From Octopus sinensis (taxonomy: Eukaryota), in NCBI RefSeq assembly GCF_006345805.1, contig NC_043010.1, positions 5,890,001 to 5,954,000 on the forward strand: a stretch of 64,000 bases of DNA, read 5' to 3'. Under the pieces are notes generated by a model. That model had not been told where the DNA came from. It worked only from the letters and a program-made list of their open reading frames with translations, and did no database searches. This document shows, piece after piece, positions 50,377-63,596 of this stretch. Position 1 is the first letter of the stretch. Each line of letters opens with the position of its first letter. Position numbers and translations under genes: made by a program.

Positions 50377-50527
50377 CTGGCAGGGTTTCATAATGTCCAG
50401 CACTACCGACACTCCAGCCATGACTACTATCTGTGTGAGAAGACAAGATTGACATTTCGCTGGTTTCGTCAGCACTGCTTAGTTCTCTGTAACCTGGAGA
50501 CATACTTTCTTCTCTTGGAACAAACAT
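50377..50527 (-). CDS. PCDH: Protocadherin C, exon 2
   Basis: 151 nt; AG acceptor; donor GTAAAT. Confidence 0.85.
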
Positions 50528-50835
50528 CTAGAAACATAAAACAGAAAGATTGTATGCCATAATATTTCATCATGGTATTATTGTCATTCATAATCTCTCA
50601 TTTTACTTTTAAACTGAAATATTCTAGTAATCTTCATGTGAGTCAGTAAAGAAAATTAATGAGTAATTTAGAATCTACATTTTTAAGATAAGAATTAATC
50701 AAAGAGAAAAATAATTTTTCTTTTATATTTTGCAACACAGCTTCAAAGGTTCTTGGTTAATTACAGCCTGCTTTATTATTAACTATGGAATGTTGAAAGG
50801 GCAAATATTTTGAAATTAAAAGAAAATTATCTCAC

Positions 50836-53232
50836 CTGCTGATGACGTCTTAATGTTGAGTTATCCCATCCATTACCTAGCATGGTTCTGCAGTGAATAT
50901 CTTCTCTGTCTACCATTGGTTGTTGAGATTTCTTTACATTTCCCTCCAATGTGTACTGAATCCCAGGAAGAACACAAGTGGGATCAAATATATATTTTGA
51001 TTGGACGTTTAATGCAGGTGTAACCTTGTGGTACATATCAACACTGTTGTTATAGTTGCTGTCTGTCTGCTTCAGTCTATGAACTATACAGATCGATATA
51101 GAGATCACTATGACAACTGATACGATCACAGCTGCTATAACAATAACAATCATCACATTCAATTGGAGACCATTACTTGATTCTGTTGTTGTCTTTGAAG
51201 GAGTCTTAAATATCTTTGATGTGGTGTTACTAACTGTTAGAGTCAAAGACAAAGTTGTTGTCGATGACAGAACTGGACTGCCACTGTCTTTCACACCTAA
51301 TTCCAGTTCATAGAATCCAGCATCATTTTGGTAAAGTGAGCGAGAGAAAGATAAGACACCAGAGTGATGGTTCATTTGAAATAAGTGTTTCTCATTACCT
51401 CTGAGTATTTCATATGTGAGGAAGGCATTGTGTTGGCTGTCTCTGTCAGAGGCCCTAACAACTGTGATATCCTGGTCAGAGTGGGGATGGTAGTGGACAT
51501 TAAGACTGAAAGGGTCAACATTAGGGAAACTGAAATAGGGAGCATTATCATTTAAATCCATAACCTCAACAACAACATTTGCTCTCTTCTCCAGTGATGG
51601 TGTTCCTTTATCTTTTACTAAAACCTTAAACTCATACAGGTTCTTTTCTTCTCTGTCTAGGGACTCAGTTGTGGAAATGAATCCCACATCAGATATCTGA
51701 AATGGTAGAATATCTTTTCCATTAGATAATAGAGAATAGGTTAATTGTCCTCCGTCTCCAATATCTGGGTCTGTGGCATTGACATAGCCAACAGGGAAGT
51801 CTTTGTGTTCATTTTCATAGGTGAGAAACTTAAATATGTCCTGACTAAACTGAGGTTGTACATCATTTATGTCAGTGACCAGCATTGAAAACTGTTTCTC
51901 TACTTTCAATGGAGGTAAACCATTATCTTGACATTTAATGGTGAAATTAAAGCTCTTCTCACTCTCTCTATCTATTTCACTCTTGACAACAACTTTGTAT
52001 TTCTTTTCAGACATTGAAATAAGCTGAAGATATCTATTTTGTAAATGACACTTCACTTGTCCATTTACTCCATTGTCATTGTCAGTAACTTTGACAAAAG
52101 CAACAAAACTGTGAATTTGAGTTCCTTCTGAGATGACAGCTGTGTTTCCAGTTGACTTTAAGACAAATTTGACATCAATTTTGGGAGGATTGTTAAGATG
52201 ACTGATACTATTTACAACAACAGTCACTACAGAAAACTTGGAAGGATTACCATTATCTCTGGCTTCAATAAACAATTTATAGACTTTTCCAAACTGAAAT
52301 TCGTTTGTTATATATATTTCTCCAGAGGTTTGATTTGAAATGAATTTTTTTCGGTCTTTTTCTGAGATATCCTGGCTGAAACTATACACAATTCTTCCAT
52401 TATCCCCTTCATCTAAATCTGTTGCTATTAATTTGATAATGGGCTTCTCTTTACTGTGTGTATCATTTACTGTTACATTATATATACTTTGAGAGAATAC
52501 AGGAGCATTATCATTTTTATCCCTCACTAATATTTTTATGTCCAATACACTTTCCTTTGATGGTGATCCTCCATCTGTAGCAATTAGTTGAAGAGCATAA
52601 CTTTCCTTTTTCTCTCGGTCAAGTTTCCCACCCAATATTAATTCAATGTTACTTTGACTATCAGAAATAGTTGAGACTGACAACTGGAATATATTTTCGT
52701 GCTTATTCCTCAGTTGATAAGAAATTTTTGAGTTCTCAATACTGACATCTTTGTCAATGGCATTTGGAAGTGTTTCTTTTCTTCCTTTTGTTGCACTTTC
52801 ATCAAACTGTATATTAAAGTCTTTGTTGGGAAACATGGGAGAATTATCATTGACATCTTCTATTATAACTTTGATTTCCAATATCTTGATAAAAGAATGG
52901 CCATGTTGAACTGCTATTTCTAATATCCTGAAACATTCCGCATTATATTGGCACATAGTTTCTGCATCCAATATGGCAGCTGTGTGCAGTTGTCCTCCAG
53001 GTGTAACATTAAACAATTGAACACCTCCATCAGTGCCACCCTGGAGTACGTTAAATGTCAGTTTGTCCTGTGACTGTATATTATCCAGTAAGTGTGTATC
53101 AGTGACAATATCTCCAATATAACTGTTTATATCATTGTTCTCTTTCACGTGGTAGGTATGGTCCACACAAAGGCAGCTGTTAGCCATCAACATCACAATC
53201 ATCAACAACACTGACAACATGACTTCAGTCAT
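50836..53232 (-). CDS. PCDH: Protocadherin C, exon 1 coding part (799 codons); full protein 964 aa
   Basis: As for A and B; exon starts 53252. Confidence 0.97.
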
Positions 53233-54279
53233 TTAAGCATTAATTCAAATAACTGAAATAAAAAAAAAAAGTAGGTAAAATTTTATGTAATACCAACTAT
53301 TTTCAATAATTTAGTCAATGTATTATGATTCCAACCATTACATAATCCTCTTCTAATTTTTAATTCTCTATCTCAGGTGAATATTCAATTTTGATTTGGA
53401 CATTCTCTTTGTATTGCTTATCTCCTCAATACAATTACTATGATTATATTAAACTGTTTGTAGACTCAAGTTCCTCCAACCTATTCTTATTCAAGCTACT
53501 CTTTTACTTGTTTCAGTCATTTGAATGAGGCCATGCTGGAGCACCACCTTTAGTCGAGCAAATCAACCCCAGGACTTACTCTTTGTAAGCCAAGTACTTG
53601 TTCTATCGGTGTATTTTGCCAAACTGCTAAGTTATGGGGACATAAACACACTAGCATTGGTTGTCAAGCGATGTCCTATAACATCATTTGAACTCTCATC
53701 ACTGAGTGGGTGAGTGGCATTGAGAGAGGTACACAAAGTCACCTATCTCAGTAGCTCTCATGCTCTCAGTTGAGGGAGTTTTGTCTTGCAAGTTAACATG
53801 GTGCAACATAAAAAGCACCCATTGCACTATAAAGTGGTTGGTGTTAGGAAGGGCATCCAGCCATAGAAACAATGCTGGAGCTGGCAGTACAGCTTGCACA
53901 CCCCTCGGATGTATTCACTTCTGTCAAACTGTCCAAACCATGCCAGTATTGCAATCAGATGCTAAATGATGATGATGATTGGTAATCACAGATATATGTT
54001 CATAAAAGCTAGAGATATCTCAAGAGATTTTGAAGTCATGTAGGCCTTGATGAGGTTGCACTGCTGGTAATTTTGACATATTGAAAGGGATGATCTTAAA
54101 TCTGCTGTTACAGAGTGAGTTACAATGAGTTAAAAAGCGATTCTGAGGACCTTGTAGTTTCTATGCCCAGAAACTGGCTTGAAACTTAGTTATACACTAC
54201 AATTGGTTATTTCATAAGGCAGAACAATAAAAAGCAACTTTCAATGACATTTAAAGTCATTCAGTTCACTGATAGTGTA

Positions 54280-54595
54280 ACCTTTGGCACTTTTCTATGC
54301 ATTTGGTTCATAATGTGTTATGGCAGTGAGCTATGAGAAGGAAGTATGATCACTGACAAGGTTTCACATCCAAAGAATTCAGCAATAGATCACCCAAACA
54401 GAAGATAGGATATTCTCAAAAGAAACAATTCATCAGTCAAGTAAATGTCAAGTAGTTTGTAACATAGCACAAGCTGGACAAATCACACATTGTTCTCTTT
54501 CACATGGTAGATATGATCCACACACCAGCAGTTGTTAGCCACCAGCACCACAATCAACAAAACCATTGAAAACATGGCTAGTCTTCAGTAATGTT
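54280..54595 (-). pseudogene. PCDH exon-1 relic; residual ORF 54575->54483 MFSMVLLIVVLVANNCWCVDHIYHVKENNV*
   Basis: Aligns to MLSVLLMIVMLMAESCWCVDHTYHVKENND of A. The original ATG (atgactgaag) now reads attactgaag. Confidence 0.85.
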
Positions 54596-55007
54596 AGCAA
54601 CAGAGATAGTATGCGGATAACAATAATGAAGTATATCAAACAAATGTTGCACCCTCAGTTTTCTTCTGCCAACTCCTGTAAGCATGTAAATTTAGATTTC
54701 ATTAAGCAATTAGAAAATCATAAAATTTACAGATATGATATAAATACATTAATAATTCCATAAACATACAGATCCATGTCAAAATCTCTGCATTGTCGTT
54801 CATCTGTCTGTCTCAAAGCATTTTCATCAATATTATGCACTCTCTCACATCTAACAATATTATGTAATCCTAGAAATATTAAGTAAAGGCGTTTTATCAT
54901 GAGTTAAATCTTTTTGCATTAGATTCTTTTACTCTTCAACAATTTCTGAACCATAATAATCTACAGGTCTGACATTATTTAATAGATGAGGAAAAAAAAA
55001 TATTTAC

Positions 55008-55540
55008 GTAGGTGCAAGAGTGGCTGTGTGGTAAGTAGCTTGCTTACCAACCATGTGGTTCTGGGTTCAGTCCCACTGTGTGGCACCTTGGGCAAGTGTC
55101 TTCTACTATAGCTTCGGGCCGACCAAAGCTTTGTGAGTGGATTTGGTAGATGGAAACTGAAAGAAGCCCATCGTATTTATGTATGCATATATACGTTTGT
55201 GTGTGTGTATGTTTATGTATCTGTGTTTGTCCCCCCAACATCGCTTGACAACTGATGCTGGTGTGTTTACGTCTCCGTAACTTAGCAGTTCGGCAAAAGA
55301 TACCGATAGAATAAGTACTGGGCTTACAAAAGAATAAGTCTGGGGGTATCTGTGTTGTCCCCCAACATTGCTTGACAACCGATGCTGGTGTGTTTACGTC
55401 CCCGTAACTTTGCGGTTCGGCAAAAGATACCGATAGAATAAGTACTAGGCTTACAAACAATAAGTCCTGGAGAGGATTTGATTGACTAGAGGCAGTGCTC
55501 CTGCATGGCCACAGTCAAATGACTTAAACAAGTAAAAGAG
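55008..55540 (+). mobile_element. tRNA-derived SINE with an internal tandem duplication
   Basis: Intact head; the tgtgtt-gtcccccaacat...gaataagt segment occurs twice. Confidence 0.85.
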
Positions 55541-56273
55541 TATATGCAGGACTCATTTATTTCAAGTTGCCACCCATGTAAGTGGTAACTATACTCAAAT
55601 TAATTCAAACACACATGATATATACTTGAAGTTTTGACTTATAAATGAAAACTGTACAGTGCACGTGAATTTACTAAATGGAGATCATATTGTTAAGTGG
55701 ATCATCTTGAGTGTCAAGGCAGTCACAACTTTTAAATAATATACTTATAAATGCCTTGTTGTCAACTGCAAAGCTTTTGTAGTTTGAACAATAATGAATT
55801 TGGCTTTTCAACAATCTGCTGAAAATGTACGGTAGAAATCTTTAAATTTTGTAGCCACACAAGATTACCAAATTAAAAATGAAAACGCAGTTATTTAAAC
55901 TAAATGGTTTGAGTTACTGCCCTTCGATACTACCCTTGTGAAAAGAAAAAATATTTGTGATAAAACTCAGAGTCTTTGTAATTATCATATATTCATTCTA
56001 GTCACTGACAATTAACATTTTGATTGCACTTAAAATTATTTTCTAATTATAGATTCACCCTCTTACACAAGTCAAACTTTCATTAATTCTAGAATTCTCT
56101 GGAACAAAAATGATAAATTCTGAAATTTAATGAAATTATACCTTCTCTATTATTTACTATACTTGATCGTACAATTTACATTCCATTGTAAGACTTCTGG
56201 AAATCATGATGAAATACAAATATTAGAAAATTATTTTAAAATCTCACGAGAGATATTCAGCAACAGTACTTAA

Positions 56274-56588
56274 GAGTAAAGGTTGTTTGCCAACATTACA
56301 TAGCAGTCCTGGCTTAGGACAAATGTTACTGTAATTTAGCCCCAAGAGACATCGTCTCCAGCTGGCTATTCGACACAATCTGTGTCCTTATATTTTCGAA
56401 CAAGGGAATCTAGCACCCCCACTCAGCTCAAAACAACATCTCTGTATCTTGATTTCCAGGTTATTTTCCTTCATCAGCACAGATCATGTGGTATAACCAG
56501 CTGGAGGCGATGTCTCCTGGGGCTAAATTACAGCAACATTCGTCCTAAACCAGGACTGCCATGTTATGTTGGCAAACAACCTTTACTC
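56274..56588. mobile_element. MITE with ~95-bp terminal inverted repeats
   Basis: gagtaaaggttgtttgccaacat...ccagctgg pairs with ccagctgg...atgttggcaaacaacctttactc. Confidence 0.85.
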
Positions 56589-56748
56589 CAAATACAAATA
56601 TGTTTGAAAAATTCTAATGATAATAAGTAAGTAAACTATTGAATTACATCATTCTCTATGTAACGACAGATTTAACTTGTGAATAAATAAACCATTTGAA
56701 AAACATATAAAAGATTACACAAGAGAATAAGTTCTAATAAGTACTTAC

Positions 56749-56990
56749 CATCAGTTGTTAGTTGTTTGTACTGGTGCAACTGCTCTATTTGAGTGTTCTG
56801 ATTACAAAGTTATAGTAGCAGCAGCAGTTCTGAGTAGGTTGGTACGTGATAGTGCTATATAGCTCTATGAAGTTGGTCGTTAGTTAGTACGTCATGTTTG
56901 TTGTAGCCAATGACAAGCTGTCTATTAGTCCAATGCAAGGGAATGGAAATACAGCCTCCAGTTCTTGCAGTTAATAATGGTCTGACTCAC
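56749..56990 (-). promoter_or_regulatory. PCDH-C promoter-like core (56903-56990) and non-coding exon 0; donor at 56748-56743
   Basis: 81/88 identical to the A core with no gaps; the flanks are much more diverged. Confidence 0.75.
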
Positions 56991-57933
56991 AGACTAGTTC
57001 ACTTTCACCACATGCACATGTGTATGTATGTGTGTTAGAAGAATGTACACAAATGAATAAGGAAGAAAAGTTTAATATTCGGAATGGAGAGGATAGGCAA
57101 TAAATTCAATATGGAAAATATCATTTCTCAATAATTATAGCATATTTTTTTTTAAATCTGAGAAAACTGGTTTTAAAGACTAAGGTGTTACCCAATCTAA
57201 AACAGTTTTTTTTTAATAAAATGAGTATAGAATATGTTCCTTTAAAAATAAAATTCATAAGTAGTTTAAAGCAATATTATAAAATAGCTACAAAATTATG
57301 TCAAGAAACTTTTGAAAAGGCGGTGCTCCAGCATGGCCACAGTCAAAAGGCGGTGCTCCAGCATGGCCAAGTAAAAGAGTGGCTATCAATAAACAAATGT
57401 GTGCTCAATTGGAATGTGGGGAAACAGAAATGTGGAAAACCCACTATTGCTCTTTTGAAATTAAAACTGCAATTTAATAGATTTTGTTAGAATAAACAAT
57501 AATAACGAAGAATTCCTAATGAAAAGAACAGAACTATTAGAAAACAACTAACTTGTACAAGTGCTAACTACTGCAGTGGAATATGGATTAAATCTCTGAT
57601 TTCAAGAAAAACATTAACATTAGTATTCTGGGAAAATGTTGACTGAGAATATACAATATTACAAGAATATGATTGTAAGGTTTGAGAAGATTACAATTCC
57701 AAGCAGGAGATATACAGAAACATTAGAATATTGGACGAAATGTCTGCATAATTTAGTCAGATTATTTTACACTGAGTTCAAATTGCAATGTGGTTATCTT
57801 TAACATAACATTGGTAGAAAAAGATGAAATGCAAAATAGAGATCAAAAAATATAGTTGATTTAACCTCTAGCAGACAGTGGTAGGGGGAAACAATTCTAG
57901 AGTAAATGCAGAATGCTAAAGGTTAATGTTCCT

Positions 57934-58278
57934 TTAACCCTTTCATTACTGTATTTTGAGATGCTTTGTGTTTCTTTCAATTAGTCTAAATATAACAAAG
58001 AATGTAATAAAATAATTTAGTTATCATTAAGCTAGTGTTAGGGACACAAATTGTGACTAAGGTTTGGTGGAAGATTTTAATTCAAAACTTATGAAAACAA
58101 GACAATAGGCGTAGGAGTGGCTGTGTGGTAAGTAGCTTGCTAACCAACCACATGGTTCCGGGTTCAGTCCCACTGCATGGCAACTTGGGCAAGTGTCTTC
58201 TACTATAGCCTCGGGCCGACCAGAGCCTTGTGAGTGGATTTGGTAGGTGGAAACTGAAAGAAGCCCGTCGTATGTATG

Positions 58279-58325
<47 letters not shown>

Positions 58326-58591
58326 TTGTCTGTGTTTGTCCTCCTAGCATTGTTTGACAACCGATGCTGGTATGTTAATGTACCCGCTACTTAGCGGTTC
58401 GGCAAAAGACACCGATAGAATAAGTACTGGGCTTACAAAGAATAAGTCGTGGGGTCGATTTGCTCGATTGAAGGCGGTGCTCCAGCATGGCCGCAGTCAA
58501 ATGACTGAAACAAGTAAAAGAGTAAAGAGTAAGACATTTGTATTACAGAGCTAGGGCTGGTTTCAGCCGGGGTTGGTAACGAAAGGGTTAA
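57934..58591. mobile_element. piggyBac-type MITE (TTAA target, CCC...GGG ends) interrupted by a tRNA-SINE (58105-58530)
   Basis: TTAA-CCCTTTCATTAC ... GTAACGAAAGGG-TTAA. The SINE is flanked by the direct repeat AAGACA. Confidence 0.8.
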
Positions 58592-58757
58592 GACTATAAC
58601 GGGAGATGAAGAAAATTAAATCTAATAGTCACACATCATCGATAAATGTTCGATTGTGAGGAAAAAAAAACAAAACATTGCTATGACATTTTCCATACAG
58701 TGAATCTATTGCCAATGTTATGTAATAATGGTTTGTTATGTTGTTGAAATTATGCTA

Positions 58758-59081
58758 TTAGACATCTGTTGCAGATAGAGAAGGTACCTGAAGTACTGTA
58801 GGTACTTTGGTAGAGTTGTTACTTTAGGTACAGGCGGTAGAGGTGGTTTACAGTCTGAAGAAAAGTCACTTGTCATTGGTACGGTAGATGGTTGTTCACT
58901 TATGTCAGATGTGGTACCAGTTACTGTAAAAGGTATTTGGTCATGATCACAGGAAGTGTTAATATCAACGTTAGGCTGGTAATGGTATCCATTGTGATTA
59001 TCTCCCTTGATCTGTTCAATGTGTTTGAAAAATTGGGATTTCTCCTATTCCATGTACGGTCACATTGATAGCGGCACAGAT
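58758..59081 (-). pseudogene. Unit D: PCDH terminal exon 3 with two 1-nt deletions; no exon 1 or 2 upstream
   Basis: DLCRYQCDRTWNRRN..., tttctAG acceptor. One G is missing at ~59005 and one at ~58805 relative to its paralogues. Confidence 0.75.
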
Positions 59082-59623
59082 CTAGAAATATCCAGATGTG
59101 AATGAAGTTAAAACGCAAGAAGAAAAAAAAAATAACCCTTACATCTGTTTTATACACAAAATAATTAAACATCTATGTAGTATTCTATTGTGTCTGGGGA
59201 GAGTCATTTTCTTTTTGTGCCTTATTGTGTAACACACTCACCGGTAAAATTGTCCTAAATAATAAGGCACAAAAAGAAAATGACTCTCTCCAGGCACAGT
59301 AGAGTATGCTTCAACGCACGAACTCATAAAGAATCTTGCAAAGCAAATCCAAAAACGAAATCTATGTAGTACTTGTATTGCTAATCAAAGATTTGATATA
59401 ATGACCTACCATGAAGAAAGAATTATATTCCTGTGAATGCGATTTATTAAGATTTTTTCTCTTGGTTATAGTCAGATTCAGGAAAAGATTTTGGAAGTAA
59501 AATCTATTGCAACAGACTGATAGAACATTTCAGGTAACAGCCTTGATGACAAAGGACAGAGGTATGGAAAACATTGCTGAAATCAAGAAGACCACCACAA
59601 TCCAATTGATATCTTAAAACCAA

Positions 59624-61350
59624 GGTGCCACGTAAAAAGCATTGCTGCTAGGGCAACACAAAAAGCATTGGTGCTGGTGCCACATAAAAAATTACTGGTG
59701 CCACGTAAAATGCACTGGTGTGGTGCCACATAAAAATGTACTGGTGCCACCAAAGTGCAATGGTGCTGGTGCCCACATAAAAATTACTGGTGCCACGTAA
59801 AATGCACTGGTGCTGGTGCCACATAAATGTACTGGTGCCACAAAGTGCACTGGTTGGGTGCCACATAAAAAATTACTGGTGCCACGTAAAATGCACTGGT
59901 GCTGGTGCCACATGAAATGTACTGGTGCCACAAAGTGCACTGGTGCTGGTGCCACATAAAAATTACTGGTGCCACGTAAAATGCACTGGTGCTGGTGCCA
60001 CATGAAAATTACTGGTGCCACGTAAAATGCACTGGTGCTGGTGCCACATAAAAAATTACTGGTGCCACGTAAAATGCACTGGTGCTGGTGCCACATATAA
60101 AATGTACTGGTGCCACAAAGTGCACTGGTGCTGGTGCCACATGAAAAGTACTGGTGCCATGTAAAAATTACTGGTGCCACGTAAAATGCACTGGTGCTGG
60201 TGCCACATAAAAATTACTGGTGCACGTAAAATGCACTGGTGCTGGTGCACATAAAATGTACTGGTGCAAAAGTGACTGGTGCTGGTGCCACATAAAAATT
60301 ACTGGTGCCAGTAAATGCACTGGTGCTGGTGCCACATAAAATGTACTGGTGCCACAAAGTGCATGGTGTGGTGCCACATAAAAATTACTGGTGCCACGTA
60401 AATGCATGGTGCTGGTGCCACATAAATTTACTGGTGCCACAAAGTGCATGGTGCGGTGCAACAGAAAAATTACTGGTGCAAGTAAAATGCACTGGTGGCT
60501 GGTGCCACATAAAAATTACTGGTGCCACGAAATGCACTGGGGCTGGTGCCCATAAAAAATTACTGGGCCACGTTAAAATGCATGGTGCTGTGCCACATAA
60601 AAATGTACTGGTGCCACAAGTGCACTGGGATGGTGCCACATGAAAAGTACTGGGTGCCATGTAAAAAAAATTCTGGTGCCACGTAAAATGCACTGGTGCT
60701 GGTTGCCACATAAAAATACTGGTGCCACGTAAATGCACTGGTGCTGGTGCCACATAAAATGTACTGGTGCCACAAAGTGCACTGGTGCTGGTGCCACATA
60801 AAAATTACTGGTGCCACGTAAAATGCACTGGTGCTGGTGCCACATAAAAATATGGTGCCACGTAAAATTGCACTGGTGCTGGTGCCACATAAAATTACTG
60901 GTGCCCACGTAAAATGCACTGGTGCTGGTGCCACATTTAAAATGTACTGGTGCCACAAAGTGCATGGTGCTGGTGCCACATGAAAAGTACTGGTGCCATG
61001 TAAAATTACTGGTGCCCACGTAAAATGCACTGGGTGCTGGTGCCACAAAAAATTACTGGTGCCACGTAAATGCACTGGTGCTGGTGCCAATAAAAATTAT
61101 GTGCCACAAAGTGCACTGGTGCTGGTGCCACATGAAAAGTACTGGTGCCACGTAAAAAGTACTGGTGCTGGGCCACGTAAAAAGTAATGAGTCCACTCTG
61201 GGGGTGGTTGCGACCGTGTTAGGAAGAGCAAACAGGCATTAAATCCTTTACAAAAAGAGACCCAGCAGCCTTGGTAGGTTTTTTACTGGCTCCCGTCACC
61301 CTGTCCTACATGAAGTGGAAGATGGACCATTAAACGATGGATGATGATGA
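59624..61350 (+). repeat. ~1.5-kb tandem array (44-46-nt units) embedded in an RTE-tail retroposon
   Basis: Units GCACTGGTGCTGGTGCCACATAAAAATTACTGGTGCCACGTAAAAT and ...TGTACTGGTGCCACAAAGT, followed by a degenerate family body and GAT tail. Confidence 0.9.
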
Positions 61351-61949
61351 ATTTTAAACAGGTGGAAAAAAACTGTGGCTATGTATTTTTGCCTACAAGG
61401 TCAGCAGTTCTGTCTGCTCACTTTTCATTAATTTAGAAAATAATAAAAGGTAATTTAATCAGGATTCAAACACTTTATATGAAGCAATATGTTCAATACA
61501 AAATGATATCTCTGTACTAAACGTAGACATATCATATTTTGATGAATATTATCAGAGTAGGGCTGTATGGTTGAGATGCATGCCTCACAATTCACAGTTT
61601 GGGTTCAGTTCTGCATTGTGGCCCTGAGTAAGTGCCTTCATACTGGTATATACCAAGTAATGCACTGTGAACGGATTGATAGGAGAAACTATACGAAAGA
61701 AAACAATGTTTATGTGAGTGTGACACTGCTTACATTCGCACTGAGGTGCTTTAGAGTGCCAGTTGTTGAATATCTTTCTATAACAACTTTGGCAAGTTCT
61801 GTACTCACGAAGGACAGAGGAAGGCAATTCCCTTATATGACAAAGTGGGTTGTAGTATTAATGTAAGGTACAAAGGTCAAATTAAAAACAATTCCCAATG
61901 CCACATAGATAGTACTGTAGTGAGGTCATTTGTTTTTTTAAAAAGCCCC

Positions 61950-62700
61950 TTGCTGATGCCACGTAAAAAGCTCACTGCACAGTTGCCACCATAAAGAGCA
62001 CCTGTGCTTGATGCCATGTACAATAGCACCTGTGCCGTGCCATGGAAAAAAAAGCACTTAGGCAAGTGCTATGTGAAAGCACCTGTCCTGTGCTGCAAAA
62101 ATACATGTGCCGGGTTTTGCCACATAGAAAGCCCCCTGTGAGGCAGGACTGTACTTTTAACCAAAAAGTACCTGCGCTGGTGCACACCACAAAAAAGGCA
62201 CCTGTGCCAGTGCCACAAAAAAAAAAGCCCTGGTGCTGGTGTCCCACAAAAAAGGCACTGTGCAGTGCACAAAAAAAAGCCCCTGTTCTGGTGTCACCAC
62301 AAAAAAGGCACTGTGCCGGTGCACAAAAAAAAGACCCTGTGCTGTGTGCCACAAAAAAGGCATACTGTGCCAGTGCCCACTCAAAAAACCAAAACACCCT
62401 GTGCCAGTACCATGTATATAGCCCCTTGTCCGTGTGTGCCACATAAAAACCACATATGCTGATCTCCACATAGAAAACAGCTTTACGAGTGGTGTCATGT
62501 AAAAGTACATTACTGCACTGCCATGTGAAACAGCACCCAGTACACACATTAAGTGGTTAGCATTAGAAAGGGCCGCAGCTGTAGAAACCAAGCCGAAAAC
62601 ACATGACTGGAAACTGGTGCAGCTCTCCAGTTTCTAGCCACAAACCATCAAACCATGCCAGCATGCAAAACATATGGTGTTTATTATCGCCAACACATGA
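61950..62700 (+). mobile_element. Degenerate or noisy RTE-tail/VNTR retroposon
   Basis: gccac-aaaa-gcac units with irregular A runs, then gtggttagcattagaaagggc body and ccatgccagcatg. Confidence 0.65.
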
Positions 62701-63596
62701 ACTACAATGGAAAAAAGTTCGACACAATTAAAAAGACCTGAACGATTATATATATTATATATATATGTATATATCTGCACGCGTACACGCACATACACAG
62801 CAAATTTCTTTCGGTTTTTGTCAACAAAATCCAAACACAAGGATTTGGTCACCCCAGTACTATAGTAGAAGACACTTGCCTATAGTGCCACAGAGTGGTA
62901 CTAAACCTGGAACCATGCGGTTAGAAAGCAAACCTCTTACTTACACCTTAAAAAAAAATGCTCAACAGTCTTGAATTTTGGAAAGACACAACCGCCACCC
63001 ACCCCGAGGTGATGAAGTGGTTTTGTTTGTTGCAGCATACCAAGTTTCTCTTTGTAGCCCTGAGGAGGGACTGCAAAGGATATGATCATTACTCCAACTA
63101 TCCTAATGAGTAGCGTAAAATAAAAAGAAAGCGTTACTTCACGTAATCAGAGTTATTGCCCTTGGATACTGACCTAGAAGAAATAAAACTATTTTTAAAA
63201 AAAGTACGAAAATATTTTCTTCTTCTCACATTCTAATTACTAATTAATAAACCTATACCTAACATTAGTTTCTAATTAAACATTAATTATTCTATTCATA
63301 GATCAACTTTCCATAATTCTGAAATTGTTTGTAACAGTGAAAAATAATGTTTTTGAAATTATATCAGTTTCTACACTTGAAAAGCTTTGATGAATATTAT
63401 CTTCATTTCTGATTAGATTTCTGGAAATCACAATGAGAGAGTAATATCTGTGGAAAATTCTAGCAATAGTAAGTGAATTGTTGTATCACATCCTCTATCT
63501 AACAAAGGGAAGAACTTGCGAATAAATAAACCATTTAAAAAAATACATAAATATTTACATATTAGATTATCAAAATGACTTTTAATAAGTACTTAC

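Noticed and set aside
59624-61190. CRISPR-like regular array
   Set aside because: There are no unique spacers and no cas genes, the context is eukaryotic, and it is a head-to-tail tandem repeat.
59648-62591. Long ORFs rich in WHQ/VAP/CGT
   Set aside because: They are translations of the tandem repeat in several frames, with no splice or homology support.
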